Source of the DNA: Octopus sinensis
Lineage: Eukaryota
Direction of reading: 5' to 3'
Assembly (NCBI RefSeq): GCF_006345805.1
Contig: NC_043021.1
Coordinates: 26,350,001 to 26,414,000, forward strand
Length of the DNA: 64,000 bases
The notes beneath the pieces are model-generated. The model saw only the letters and a program-made list of their open reading frames with translations. It was not told the origin of the DNA and made no database searches. Made by a program: the position numbers and the translations under genes. Below, in pieces: positions 37,349 to 50,495 of this stretch (positions are counted from its first letter, which is position 1; each line of letters starts with the position of its first letter).

Positions 37349-38950
37349 TGGATTACTTAATGGTCAGAAGATTTTGCTTGCTGTTTTATTTTTTTGAACT
37401 GTTGACTGTTTTCTTCCCTTTTATCTTTTATTTGTGACTTTCTTTTTATTGAACAGTTTTCCTTTTTTTCTTCCTTTTGTTGAGATTTTCTTTTGATTTC
37501 TTTACTTTTCTTTTTTTTTTCTTTTTGAATTTTATCCTGAACTGTGTTTGAACTTTGTGTTAAAAAAAAAACATGGCAAAGAACAAGAACAATGTTTTAG
37601 AGTGGGAAATTGTTCCACCCAAACAGTGGTTGAAAGACCGTGAAGAGGACGGTGGTGTTGAGGACTTACTCCAAGTCGCTCGACACCATTGCCCTATTTC
37701 AAATTAATGTTATCGAAAGGGAGTTGGCAGAGTATCTGCCAACTATTAAATTCATATCCAAGGGAGTCAAATATGCAATGGTCTGGTTGCTATTTGACAC
37801 CCCTGAGGAGGCGTGCAAATTTGCAAGCCACCACTTGGAGGGCTAAGAGATTTTGTTCCTTCCCACGTATTGTGGGAGGAAGTTGACGAGGGCTTGGGTC
37901 TGTGGTTTGCCACCCAGAATAGAACCTGAGTGGATAGAGGACACTATCCGCCGGGGTCTGGGAGGCAGCAGAGCCAAGCTCTTCAATGTAAAAATGTGGC
38001 TGATTGGGTGGGGATAAAAGTGGTTTTGACCCTGTGGACCCAATCAGCCAAAAATCTGGTATTTCCCAATTTTTTGAAAATGGCCAGGTGAAAATGGCCC
38101 GGTAATTCTTGAGGGTGGCCCCCCCCCCCTTGTGTCATCAGTGCCTGGAGCCTGGCCATATAAAGAAAAACAGGAACAAAGTAAGGTCCTGCAGCAGTTG
38201 GTTGAGATTTCTGTAAAAGAGGGAATGAAGGTGGCCAAGGATTCCTCAAAGAAGGGTCGCAAGAGGAAGAAGGTGAGCAACAATAGGTGCTCACTGAAGG
38301 ATCCTAGGAATGAGGGAGGGGAGGCAAATCTACCAGTCCCGGAGGAGACACACCCTCCCTCAGATGAGAATAAAAAAAGAAGAAGAGAAGCGGGACATTG
38401 CCAGCAGTCGGTAACATAGTACCGGAATGTCCTAGAACCTCATGAGTGGGGGTTGTGCCACCGGCGGGGGAAGAGACACTGTCGGTGGGAATTGTGCTGC
38501 CAATGGTAGAAGCGACTGCCTCATCCCCAGAGGAAGACAAATTATTGGTCTTCGACAGAGGCGGAGAAGTGGAGAAGATGTTGGAAAAGCACCATAAGGG
38601 AGTACCTTTAGCCTGCACACAGGATCCCGAATGGCATCCGCAGATAGCTGTGGAGGTCATAATGTTGCCCGTGTTGCGTAGGCTGGAGGGACTCAACGAG
38701 GAATATTGCTTGTGGCTGGGGAATGCTGAAACGGCACCCACTTTGTGCTTGAATGAGGCATGGGTGATGGCAGAGGACGGGGTCACAAGTGATGTTGGGG
38801 AGGAATATGGAAAAGAGGTTGAAAAGCCTCAGTGTTATTGAAAATTCCTAGTTTGGGAAAAAAAAGATAAGAAGCTTAGTGCCTCATTTTGTTATTGAAT
38901 ATTGTGAACAGTGTAAGAGGTTTGTTGCCTCATGAAGAATATAAAAGATC
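37345..38950 (+). mobile_element. Decayed L1/Tx1-like ORF1 (gag-like) element lacking ORF2
   Basis: T-rich 5' region, ATG at 37573, RRM-like KRTVVLRTY..FDTPEEACKF..VCGLPPRIEPEWI, and zinc knuckle CHQCLEPGHIKKN at about 38131-38170. Stops and frameshifts present. Confidence 0.6.
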
Positions 38951-39103
38951 AATATTCTCGGGAAACAACGATCGGCGGGCGTCGCTTACCCCCCCCCCAT
39001 TAATCATCATTTTCATTTTTTCATTTCACATAACATTATGTCAGTGTCCAGCCCACAGCTTCCTATCTCTATGTAAAGCCTTTTATGGCCAATGTAATGA
39101 AAT

Positions 39104-39660
39104 AAAGAAGCTTGCTTCCCAACCACATGGTTCTGGGTTCAGTCGCACAGCATGGCACCTTGGGCAAATGTCTTCTACTATAACCTTGTGAGTGTATTTG
39201 GTAGATGGAAACTGGAAGAAGCCTGTTGTATACACACATACACATATATATATCATCATCATCATTGTTCGACCGTGGTCGAGACAATGGAATTTACCAT
39301 GCTACGCCAGACTTCACGGTCCATCATGGCATTATGGAGGTCCTGTTGCTGGATACCTGTATCCCTGGAGATTACATCAGGGTAGGAGAGTGTGCGCCCT
39401 CTGGTATTGCGAGTAGATACATATATCTGTGTCTATGTGTCTGTGTGTCTGTGTTTGTCTCTCCACCACCACTACTACTTGACAGCCGTGCTGGTGTGTT
39501 TACACCCCCATAACTTAGCAGTTTGGCAAAAGAGACTGATAGAATAAGTACCAGGCTTTTAAAAAATAAGTACTGGGGTGATATATTCAATTAAAAATTC
39601 TTCAGATCGGTGTTGCAGGATGGCTGCAGTCCAATGACTGAAACAAGTAAAAGATACAAG
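39104..39660 (+). mobile_element. SINE family 1 with internal insertion
   Basis: Head and 3' blocks separated by an unrelated insert at about 39250-39420. Confidence 0.6.
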
Positions 39661-40341
39661 ATTAAAGGCAGGTGTGTGTGTGTGTGTATGTTTGTCACCT
39701 GCAGCACCACTTGATAACTGGTGTCAGTGTGTTTACAAACCTGTAACTTAGCGGTTTGGCTAAAGAGAATAACAGAGCAAGTACCAGGCTTGAAATAAAA
39801 AAATTCAAAACTCACGTACCTCGGTCAGTTCATTTGACTAAAATTCTTGAAAAGCAGTGCCCCAGCATGGCCATAGCCTAATGACTGCAACAAGTAAGAA
39901 ATAAAAACTTTTTTTTAAATCTCCCCTTTGTTTTGTTTTTTGTTGTTTTGACATTTGATGACATCACTCAGTCATTGGCAACAACTGTTTAACTCCCTTC
40001 AATGACAGACTTTGGATCAATAACATAACGAGTTAGATTAAATCAAAGTGTAAACGACAATGAGAAGACTGTCACAGCAACACATGGAAGCACACATCTG
40101 GCAAAAGTCAAAAGAAACTTTGATTCAATCACAACACATTCTCCAATAAGTGAGAGGAAATTAGCTGAAAACAGGTTTCTTCTTGTAGTAAAGATTGTTT
40201 GCCAACATAACATGGCAGTCCTGGTTTAGGACGAATGTTGCTATAATTTAGCCCCAGGAGACAGCTGGCTATACGACACGATCTGTGTCCTTATATTTTC
40301 AAACAAGGGAATCTAGCACCCCTACTCAGCCCAAAACAATA

Positions 40342-40386
40342 TCTGTGTATCGTAATTTCCAGGTTATTTCCTTTCATCAGCACAGA
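40342..40386 (-). ncRNA. Type-I hammerhead ribozyme, intact catalytic core
   Basis: TCTGTG-CTGATGA-A AGG AAATAA CCT G-GAAA-T TACG A-TA-CACAGA; 6-bp stem I; AUA triplet. Confidence 0.7.
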
Positions 40387-40449
40387 ATAATTCCCGTGTT
40401 CGAAAATATAAGGACACATCGTATTGTATACCCAGCTGGAGATGATGTC

Positions 40450-40487
<38 letters not shown>

Positions 40488-40489
<2 letters not shown>

Positions 40490-41492
40490 CTTTGATAGAT
40501 TTCGGCCATTATAGGCCCAGGTAATGTATAGCTCAATAGCACCTTCTGGTGAAGTCTTTTAGTCACATATGAGGGCACCATGGCCCACTCTAGCAAAGAG
40601 GTATTATTTATGGAGACATATCCGGGTGTAGGAGGTTGGTCCAGCATATTTTGAAGAAATTTCTCAGGTGAACATTTGAATTTTATGGAATCAGTTTCCG
40701 TTTTGACGTATTTTGGTATTAAAGAGAGCTGGACTAGTTGAGGTAAAGTAATTGTGATGTAATGTTGCTATGTGTACAGAGTTCGATTTTTGAAGTGGAC
40801 GGATAGCACGAGGGTCAAGTCTTGGATGGATTTTATGCCAACATCATTTGTGCAATATTGATGGAATATTTTCCACATCATACAAATGATGTAACGCTCC
40901 TGGCGGCATTGGAGAGAGTAGAGATTGAGTTTTTTTAGTCGACCCAAATAAGCAATGCAATAATCATGCAGTCTGTCTTTCTTGTTATTGACCTCTGGAA
41001 TGCTTCTACTTTTACAATGAGTTGCTTCGCATGAGCGGACCACAGTGGGCAACAGTACTCAAGGTGGAGTCAGGCAAAAGTAGAGTAGAGAAGGATGATG
41101 GTGTAGGCATCTCTAGACCATAAAGTTCTCAGAATCCAAGAGCACATCTTGCTATTTACATGGGAACTCCAGCTTAGATAGTTATCAACAATTACTCCAA
41201 GATCTCTGGTGTTGTTGGACGACACTAGGGAGTTGCCTGAGGGAAGTGTATATGGTAATATCAGAGTTTCCTCTTTCCTGAAGTGGATCAAATCAAACTT
41301 ATTTTTGTTTAAAAGCATGTTGTTTTTTTTTCCTCGTACTGGACAATAGCAAATGGATCTGACTGGAGGCATGTTTGGTCTCCCATGCCATTTATGGCTT
41401 TCGGGAGTTTGAAATCATCTGCAAAGATTTTCAATGTAGAATGTTTGATGGCATCTACTATGTCGTTGATGTAAATAATGAATACACCCACC
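40488..41492 (-). mobile_element. Decayed CR1/L2-like LINE RT (5'-truncated)
   Basis: FIIYINDI, KIFADDFKL, RDLGVIVDNYLSWSSHV, LKKLNLYSLQCRQERY. Confidence 0.8.
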
Positions 41493-41502
41493 TACACATA
41501 TA

Positions 41503-41711
41503 CAGTAACCCCTTCACTATCGCAGGTATTACGTTCCAAAACACCCCACAACAGATGAAAATCTGCAAAGTAGAAACAGTACTGCACTGTATATTCTTTT
41601 AAAATTATTTTTATGATTTGTATATATTTATTTTATTATAAATGCAAAACAACACCCCATGGAGGAATCAACATAAGCTTAAATAATAAACTGTGAAATG
41701 GTGAGGGATTA

Positions 41712-41715
<4 letters not shown>
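41503..41715. mobile_element. Tc1/pogo-type MITE
   Basis: TA-CAGTAACCCCTTCACTAT ... ATGGTGAGGGATTACTG inverted ends. Confidence 0.65.
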
Positions 41716-41753
<38 letters not shown>

Positions 41754-41791
41754 TGATCAAAATAAAATAAAAACATGATGCGAAGGATTCA

Positions 41792-41869
41792 GCGGTAAAT
41801 ATGTTTCGGGCCTTTATTAGACAGATTTATAACAATGCATAATGTATGTCTGTGGCCTTCTTCAGCCGC
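41792..41869 (-). ncRNA. Type-I hammerhead motif
   Basis: GCGG-CTGAAGA-A GGCC...GGCC C-GAAA-CATATT-TA-CCGC; one change away from the palindrome ACATATGT. Confidence 0.6.
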
Positions 41870-42027
41870 GCACAACAGCTTCCACAATGACATGTGTTAC
41901 ATCAAAAATTCTTGGTTGGGGATGCAAATCCTCTCATTCACGTACGACATAATGCGGCAGCAGCATAGAGTTGAAGCGTCCATCTCTTTATAATATATAT
42001 ATATTATATATATATATATATATATAA

Positions 42028-43503
42028 TCATCATCATCATCATCGTCGTTTAACGTCCGTTCTCCATGCTAGCATGGTTGGACGGTTCGACCGGGGTTCT
42101 GGGAAGCCAGAAGGCTGCACCAGGCTCCAGTCTAATTTGCAATGTTTCTACAGCTGGATGCCCTTCCTAACGCCAACCACTCCGTGAGTGTAGTGGGTGC
42201 TTTTTACGTGCCACCTGCACAGGTGCCAGGCGGGGCTGGCAACGGCCACGGTCAGATTGGTGTATTTTATGTGCCACCGGCACGGAAGCCAGTCGAGGCG
42301 GTGCTGGCATCGGCCACGAGTCGGATAGTGCTTTTTACGTACCACCAGACCAGGGATCCGGCTGGTTCAATTCGATTTCGATTTCGCTTGCCCCAACATG
42401 TCTTCACAAGCAAAGGGGGTTGGCAGGGTGCCTGTCGTACGGTCGCATTGGAGTATTTACGTGCCACGGCCACGAGTCGGATAGTGCTTTACGTACCACC
42501 AGACCAGGGATACTGGCTCGTTCAATTCGATTTCGCTTGCCCCAACATGTCTTCACAAGCAAAGGGGGTTGGCAAGGGTGCCTGTCGTACGGTCGCATTG
42601 GAGTATTTTACGTGCCACGGCCACGAGTCGGATAGTGCTTTACGTACCACCAGACCAGGGATCTGGCTGGTTCAATTCGATTTCGATTTCGCTTGCCCCA
42701 ACATGTCTTCACAAGCAAAGGGGGTTGGCATGGGTGCCTGTCGTACGGTCGCATTGGAGTATTTTACGTGCCACGGCCCCGAGTCGGATAGTGCTTTTTA
42801 CGTACCACCAGGCCAGGGATCCTGGCTGGTTTCAATTGGTTTCGATTTCGATTTCGATTTCGCTTGCCCCAACATGTCTTCGCAAGCATGGGGGGTTGGA
42901 TGGGGGGGTGTCTGTCGTCGGATGAGGTTCTATATCGACTTCGCTTGCCTCAACCGGTCTTGTGTCCAAGGGAGGAAAGGCATTCATAAGTGGGCTGGGC
43001 TCACTTGTCCTGCCTGGTCTTCTCACGTACAGAATATTTCCAAAGGTCTCGGTCTCTGGTCATTTCCTCAGTGAGGCCTAAAGTTCGAAGGTCGTGCTTC
43101 ACCACCTCGTCCCAGGTTTCCTGGGTCTACCTCTTCCACGGGTTCCCTCAACTGCTAGGATTGGCACTTTCTCACACACCTATCTTCATCCTTCTGCCAC
43201 ATGACATAATACCAGCGCAATCGTCTCTCTTGCACACCACAACTGATGCTTCTTAGGTTAAACATTTCTATCAAGGTGCTAACGCTCTGTCGAGTATGTA
43301 CACTGACATTACACATCCATCGGAGCATACTGGCTTCATTCCTCACGAGCTTACGCATGTCTCAGCAAGTCACAGCCCATGTTTCGCTGCCATGTAGCAT
43401 GGCTGTTCGTACACACGCATCATACAGTCTGCCTTTTACTCTGAGCGAGAGGCCTTTAGTCACCAGCAGAGGTAAGAGCTCCCTAAAACTTTGCCCAGGC
43501 TAT
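42028..43503 (-). mobile_element. 5'-truncated RTE LINE with tandemly amplified 3'UTR
   Basis: MRKLVRNEASMLRWMCNVSVHTRQS, same family as 4697-5822. About four 151-156-bp repeats at 42311-42915. Confidence 0.9.
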
Positions 43504-43550
43504 TTATATAAATATATATATATATACACACACACATATACAGATATATC

Positions 43551-43584
<34 letters not shown>

Positions 43585-43597
43585 TATACAGATATAT

Positions 43598-43628
<31 letters not shown>

Positions 43629-43945
43629 TATATAATCTATATAATGTTTTCATACATTATATACGTACACATACATACGTATACATACATAAACATATAT
43701 ATACATTACATATATACATACATATACATATACACATACATATACATATATACATACATACATACATATATACATACATACATACATATACATACATATA
43801 TATATATGTATACATATATGTATACATACATATATATGTGTATACTTACATACATTTATATATGTATACATACATATACATATATATATATATATGTATA
43901 CATATATATATATGTATATGTGTGTGTGTGTGGTATATATGAATA
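43503..43945. repeat. (TA/CA) compound microsatellite
   Basis: Direct reading; a similar tract lies at 44417-44760. Confidence 0.9.
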
Positions 43946-44032
43946 TACATCTGCGTATATAATATCCGCCATGTTAGACCACTGAACTCAACCCGTCTCT
44001 TTCCTTCTCTCTCTGTTTATTTCCTCTTATTC

Positions 44033-44068
44033 CTTTCTGCAGAAGAGCATACGCTCAAAACATAAAAT
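44033..44068 (+). ncRNA. Decayed minimal hammerhead motif (family of 19251)
   Basis: CTTT-CTGCAGA-A-GAGC ATAC GCTC-AAAA-C-ATA-AAAT. Confidence 0.4.
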
Positions 44069-44871
44069 ACTTCTCCATTTTTCAAACCAATACAATTGTT
44101 TTCGTCTTAGTTTTATATATATATGATGATATACACACACACACACACCAGTGTCACAGCTGGATACACCAATAGAGTAGTAGTAGTAGTGTGTGGGCTG
44201 AAGCAATAGATTAACCAGCTGTGCCCTTCAAGACCCACTAAGGTGGTTCAGTCTGTCAATATTCAGCTGTAAATTGATCCGGCAGAAGAGGCACACAGAG
44301 CTCAGTGCTGTGGCCAGAGGAACACTTGAGGAATGAATAGCATTTGCTTTATTCAACTTTCTTCAAGGCCTTGATACATGACACTGTGAACCAGTACACA
44401 ACACTGACTACAATAAGTGTGTGTGTATATATATATACACATTCATTTATATTATGTGTGTACGTGTGTGTATACATATATACACACACATATATATAAT
44501 ACATATTTATATTGTTTATATATATATAATATATATATATATATACATACACTTATATACTACATATATATATATATACTTACATACATACATTTATATA
44601 CCACACACACACATATATATACATACACATACATTTATATACTACACACACAAATATATATATATATATACATACACATACATTTATATACTACACATAT
44701 ATATACATATATGTATATATACATATATGTATATATACATACATTTATATTGTTTATATATCATCATTGTTTAACGTCCGTTTTCCATGCTAGCATGGGT
44801 TAGACAGTTCAACAGGAGTCTGGGAATCCAGAAGGCTGCACCAGGCTCAGTCTGATCTGGCAGTGTTTCTA

Positions 44872-45416
44872 CAGAAAACCAAATCAGATCTTCTACTGGA
44901 TTTTTCAGTTTGAGTAAGGGCCTTTTAGATCTGACGTAGTGATTTTCTTTTGCTTTTTCTAACAAATTGACCTTCCCTCATCCTATAAGACTTATATCTG
45001 ATGCCTTCGTGGACAACATTTCTAACTGTTCCTTCTGACATATGGAGATCATTTGCAATTGACCTCACAGACTTTCTGGGCTTGTAATCAATTGTCTATT
45101 GAACTTGCTGGATAAATTCAAGGGTTCTGATGATTTCAGAGCATTTAGAATACTTTTCATACGCTAATACTGGGGACACGTTCCCATTTTCAGTCTCTAA
45201 CTCCTTACAAACTTTGCAGACGAAAATCTAGCAACTTTTAAAAATCGAGATATTTCTAAATCGCTATGCTTAGCCTTTATAACCACAATAACAGTATTTC
45301 TTGAGTAAGCTGAGGTTCTACCATTATTATTTTGTGAAACAAAGATTATAAAGAGTTAGCAAAAAAAATGCAGCAACGACCCAAAAAAGGTGTTCTCAAA
45401 TACCTTACACACCGTG
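44872..45416 (-). mobile_element. Tc1/mariner-superfamily transposase 5' remnant
   Basis: Manual translation: KHSDLEISRFLKVA..KELETENGNVSP..IIRTLEFIQQVQ..PRKSVRSIANDLHMSEGTVRNVVHEGIRYKSY..IWFS (HTH region). Confidence 0.75.
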
Positions 45417-45422
45417 TGTGTG

Positions 45423-45512
<90 letters not shown>

Positions 45513-45646
45513 TACACACACACACATTTATATTATATATTTTTTCTTTTTATGGAAGTTAAAAGTGATGGCCAGTCATAGAGTGACCACTGCTTTCGCA
45601 CTTATAAAGCACTCAACAGTATATGTGACTTGCACTTCATATTCAA

Positions 45647-45714
45647 AGCTCTGATGAAGCCATAAGGTGTTACTATGAGTCCACCACATCTTATAGCAAA
45701 AACAGCTGTAAGCT
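45647..45714 (+). ncRNA. Type-I hammerhead motif (GAAA>AAAA)
   Basis: AGCT-CTGATGA-A GCCATAAGGTGT...ACATCTTATAGC A-AAAA-CAGCTG-TA-AGCT; palindrome ACAGCTGT. Confidence 0.55.
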
Positions 45715-46448
45715 ACTGAAGTTCTTAAGACAATTGTTTCTTGCTTTGTCATCTTATTTTCTTAAATATACAAACATAGACATATATGCACATTATGATG
45801 AACAGCCATATAGCGCTTCTGGGCATCGTACAGTGACTGAAAAGCATAGGAAAGGTAATCTCTAAGTTCATAGTGTCGTCTGCCAAGTGTTTGTGACCAA
45901 TGAGGAGATAATTCCTCTGAAATGCTAGCATCTCAGTCTAGGTAGATGGCGCTGCAAGCTGATCTAGGTGTATACACAACATTTGTCAAAATGCAGTCAG
46001 TGGCTTGTTCCCCAGTTCAAATGTGCATCAAGCATATCGAGACATTGCTCCATATATGTACATACATATATGCAAGTATATATATGTGCGGCTATACACA
46101 CACAAGCATATATCAATGTGTTATAAGCTACACAATGGTGCCCGTTGGCCACAGAATTTCTATCTCTGTATCACAAAGAGGTTATTTACACAAGTTGTCG
46201 ATGCAAAAGAATGACATTGGATCACTGAGTGATAATGCAGTTGTGTAAGGCAGCCTGTTGTCGTAACACTGTTATATACCATTACATTGTTATACAACAT
46301 CAGCTTTAACAATAGCTACAAGCATTAGGGAAAAAATTGCTATTGTAATGTGAGAAACACAAGATCTACACTGACCTCAAAACAATCTTGCTTGACCTTT
46401 GAATTGTTGGGCAAATTTAGCTAAAAATCATTTGGGATATCTTTCTTT

Positions 46449-46802
46449 TACCTTCACCTTAGCAAAGGAGAAGGTGTTGTTTTCTGTCATGTTTGTTTGT
46501 TTGTCTGTGGACAAGATATCTCAAGAACTACTGGATGGGTTCGGACAAAACTTCCAAGGATGTTTGGCCTCGTGACTGGCATGAACTGATTAGATTTTGA
46601 GATCCATCCAGTACCGGACACAGATTCTGGATTATTTTTCCTGTTTTTTTAGTTAATTTTCGAGAGCGGTCGGGTTCATTTTTAGTATTCTCGTTTGTGA
46701 GAGCAGTCGAGTTTATTTCAGATATTCTCATTTTAAAAATCATCTCTGGCTAATTGTTGAGAGGACATTGGTGTTACCTTAGCTCTCTGAGTGCTCTTGT
46801 TT
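46449..46802 (+). mobile_element. Helentron-associated (HINE/DINE-like) non-autonomous element
   Basis: 5' TTACCTTCACCTT..AAGGAGAAGGT hairpin, GTTT/GTCT microsatellite, 3' AG..CTCTCTGAGTGCTCTTGTTT; T-rich flanks. Confidence 0.55.
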
Positions 46803-47054
46803 GTTTTTTGTTTTTTTTGTGTGCCTAACCCCTATTCCCAGTAAATTTGAGGAGGTGAAGGAGTCATTTTTCAATATTATTGGGTGATCCGTACTGGAAT
46901 CAACCAGGTGTAAAATTTAAAAAGTGGGAAGCAGAAAAAGGTTGATCATGGTAGAGACTTGACAAGCAGAGAGACAGAGTGATGCGAACCTTACACTTAG
47001 GGGGCTGGGCACAATGACGCTAATTAATTGAGGGAAGAAGTAGACACTTTTAGC

Positions 47055-47238
47055 TTTTGTTCGTTTCAGACTTTGGATTGTGGCTATGCTGGAGCACTGC
47101 CAAATCGATCCCAGAACTTATTTTAAAGCCTGATACTTATTCTATTAGTATTTTTTTGTCTAGCTTCAAAGTAACAGGGATGTAAATAAACCAGCACCAG
47201 TTGTCAAGAGGTGATGGGGACAAATACAACACAAACAG

Positions 47239-47272
<34 letters not shown>

Positions 47273-47364
47273 GCACATACAGACAGACAGACAGATAGAA
47301 AGCCATAGAAAGATAGACATAGATAGATAGACAGACAGATAGATAGATAGACAGATAGATAAAC

Positions 47365-47420
<56 letters not shown>

Positions 47421-47494
47421 GCAGATAGATAGACAGACAGATAGATAGATAGATAGATAGACAGACAGATAGATAGATAGATAGATAGACAAAC

Positions 47495-47526
<32 letters not shown>

Positions 47527-47540
47527 ATAGATAGACAAAT

Positions 47541-47628
<88 letters not shown>

Positions 47629-47820
47629 GGAGATAGAGAGATAGACAGACATTGATATATATATAATTATATATTACAGACATCTTTCAGTTCCCGTCTA
47701 CCAATTCCATTCGTAAGGTTTTGATCAGCCTGAGGCTGTAATAGAAGACACTTGTCCGAGGCACCATGCAGTGAGACTGAACCCAGAACCATGTAGTTGG
47801 AAAGCAAACTTCTTACTGCA
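47055..47820 (-). mobile_element. SINE family 1 with expanded internal (GATA/GACA)n at 47281-47650
   Basis: SINE blocks flank the tetranucleotide array. Confidence 0.75.
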
Positions 47821-48730
47821 GAGCGAGAACTGGAAATAGTATTCTGATAAGAAAGGTGTGGGGAGGGGGGAGTAGTCAGGTGATATGGTGGTAAGGCGGG
47901 GAAGTAGTGTTGTAATGTTGTGGTGGTGGTGGTGGTGGTGTGTCAATGTGTTAATACACAAGAGATAGTAAGTGAGGTTTAGCCTTTCGTTTGATCGGAA
48001 GGTGAGGAAATGAAGTAAGAATGTTTGTTGATATGGTTGAAGAGGGAAAAGTAAAAACATGCCCATGAATTCAGCACTGCCTAATTATTTCACACAATCC
48101 AGTGAAAGAAAGGTGACTATTTTAAATTTTACAAATGGCCACCACAATTACACAGGCAAAAATAAAAACACAAAAAACAAAAATATTTTATTAGTTTACA
48201 GTTTCTTTCCACATCTTGTGTTACATAACAAACCCAGAGAGCTTTTGTGATTCAGTTTAAACTCTTGTTTAGTTTAGGTTTTTTTGTGTGTGTGTGGTGT
48301 TTGTCAACACAGATAACATATTATTTAATTCTCAACCGCAAATAAATATAAATCTACTACTTTATAATTATAATAAAAGGCTCTGCTAATATTTCACTCT
48401 ATAACATTCATTGTTTTTGCTGTGGCCTACATTTGCTTTTTTATCTTCAATAGTCTGCAAGGAAAACTAGTTTTTCCGGCTATCCACTCCTTCAACCTTT
48501 CTTCACCTTGTTCACAAGATATTATTCAGGGAATTGTTTAAATTTTACATTCCTATTTTTTATTATTGTATCACTGCATGGGAAGAGTTAAATGGTGGTA
48601 AAAAAAATTGGAAACTTGTGCACATTGTTCAGTTTTGCCTTTGGCCACTGACAACTGTCCCACGCTTGAACGGGTCAAATGGTATTTATTGAGGCAGTTT
48701 TTTTTTTCTTTTTTATAGCTGGATATTCTT

Positions 48731-48793
48731 CCTGTTGCCAAGCCTCACCTGTTGCCACGCCTCACCTGTTGCCAAGCCTCACCTGTTGCCACG
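48731..48793. repeat. 17-bp minisatellite (CCTGTTGCCAAGCCTCA) about x3.7
   Basis: Direct reading. Confidence 0.85.
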
Positions 48794-49334
48794 CAAGGAC
48801 ATACTTCACCATGGCCAGACATGTTTTTTTTCAAGAGAAGATTAGGAAAATGAAGGACACTGGTTGTAAGAAGGTCACTCACATTTACAATCACCAAGGA
48901 CACACACACACACCTCACACATACATACACACATAACTACACCTCACACACAAATACATACACACGCACCTTACATAAACACACACTCACACACATATAT
49001 ATATATACACACATAAACACACCTCACACACATACATAAACACACACATATGCACACACACACACTTCACACTCACATAGATACACACACAACCACACCT
49101 CACACACAGACACGTCGCACTCACATACACATATAAACACACCTCACACACACGCCTCACATAAACACACACAAACACCTCACACACATATATACACACA
49201 TATACACATGCAAACACACACACACTTCACATGCACAACACACACACACCTCACACGCACATATACACACACCAACACCTCACACACACACACACAGTAA
49301 GCTTCTTTCAGTTTCTGTCCACCAAACCCACTCA

Positions 49335-49463
49335 CAAGACCATGGCCAGCTCAAGACCATGGTCAGCTCAAGACCATGGTCAGCTCAAGACCATGGTCAG
49401 CTCAAGACCATGGTCAGCTCAAGACCATGGTCAGCTCAAGACCATGGTCAGCTCAAGACCATG
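49335..49463. repeat. 17-bp minisatellite (CAGCTCAAGACCATGGT) about x7.5
   Basis: Direct reading; lies inside a SINE remnant. Confidence 0.9.
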
Positions 49464-50109
49464 TGATTAGCAAGTCAACCTCTTAAAAAACACCACTTCC
49501 ATGCTATATCGTGCGTGTGTGTGCATGTGTGTATACTCAGATCATCATCATCATCATCATTTAACACCCGTTGTCCGTGCTGGCAGCATGGTTTGGATGG
49601 TTTGACCAGAGCTGGCAAGATTGGGGAGCCGCACCAGACTCCACTCTCATTTGACCTGGTTTCTATGGCTGGATGCCCTTCCTAACATGCCAACCACTTC
49701 ACAGAGTGTACCTGGGTACTTTAACATGGCACTGCCACGAGTGCTTTTTATGTGGCACCGGCAGACGACTCTTGCAGGTCAATCTGCCGGTCACTACAAT
49801 GTGTGGTGGCTAGCGACCTCTCATGGCGGCCAAAGGTCAGCTGTCAGTAAATCAAACCCATTTAATTCCAAGATTTATTTATGTTTAACAACTGAAAGAA
49901 ATTAATAAAAGCATCTAAATATGAAACATCATGGAAATTCTTCAAACTGAAGTCCTTCTTCAGCGACACATTTTTCCATTTGAGTCAATACAGAATTACA
50001 GAGAGTATTTATGGAAATTTGACTTACTGTCGGGTGGCTCTTGGCCAACCCTGTATACGCACACACACACACATACAGAAAGATATATACACACACACAC
50101 ACACACACA

Positions 50110-50495
50110 CTTACTCTTTTACTTGTTTCAGTCATTTGACTGCGGCCATGCTGGAGCACCACCTTTAGTCGAGCAAATCGACCCCGGGACTTATTCTTTT
50201 GTAAGCCCAGTACTTATTCTATCGGTCTCTTTTGCCGAACCGCTAAGTTATGGGGATGTAAACACACCAGCATCGGCTGTCAAGCAATGCTAGGGGGACA
50301 AACACAGACACACAAACACATACACATATATACGACAGGCTTCTTTCAGTTTCCATCTACCAAATCCACTCACAAGGCATTGGTCGGCCCGAGGCTATAG
50401 CAGAAGACACTTGCCCAATATGCCACGCAGTGGGACTGAACCCGGAACCATGTGGTTGGTGAGCAAGCTACTTACCACACAGCCACTCCTATAGG
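50110..50495 (-). mobile_element. tRNA-headed SINE family 1 (young)
   Basis: Full length; near-identical to 63612-64000. Confidence 0.85.

Noticed and set aside
44872-45340. Penelope GIY-YIG coding remnant next to the 45647 hammerhead
   Set aside because: Manual translation matches a Tc1/mariner transposase N-terminus instead.
49335-49463. CRISPR-like repeats (also 19880-20260 and 42311-42915)
   Set aside because: Head-to-tail repeats without unique spacers, no cas genes, and a eukaryotic context.
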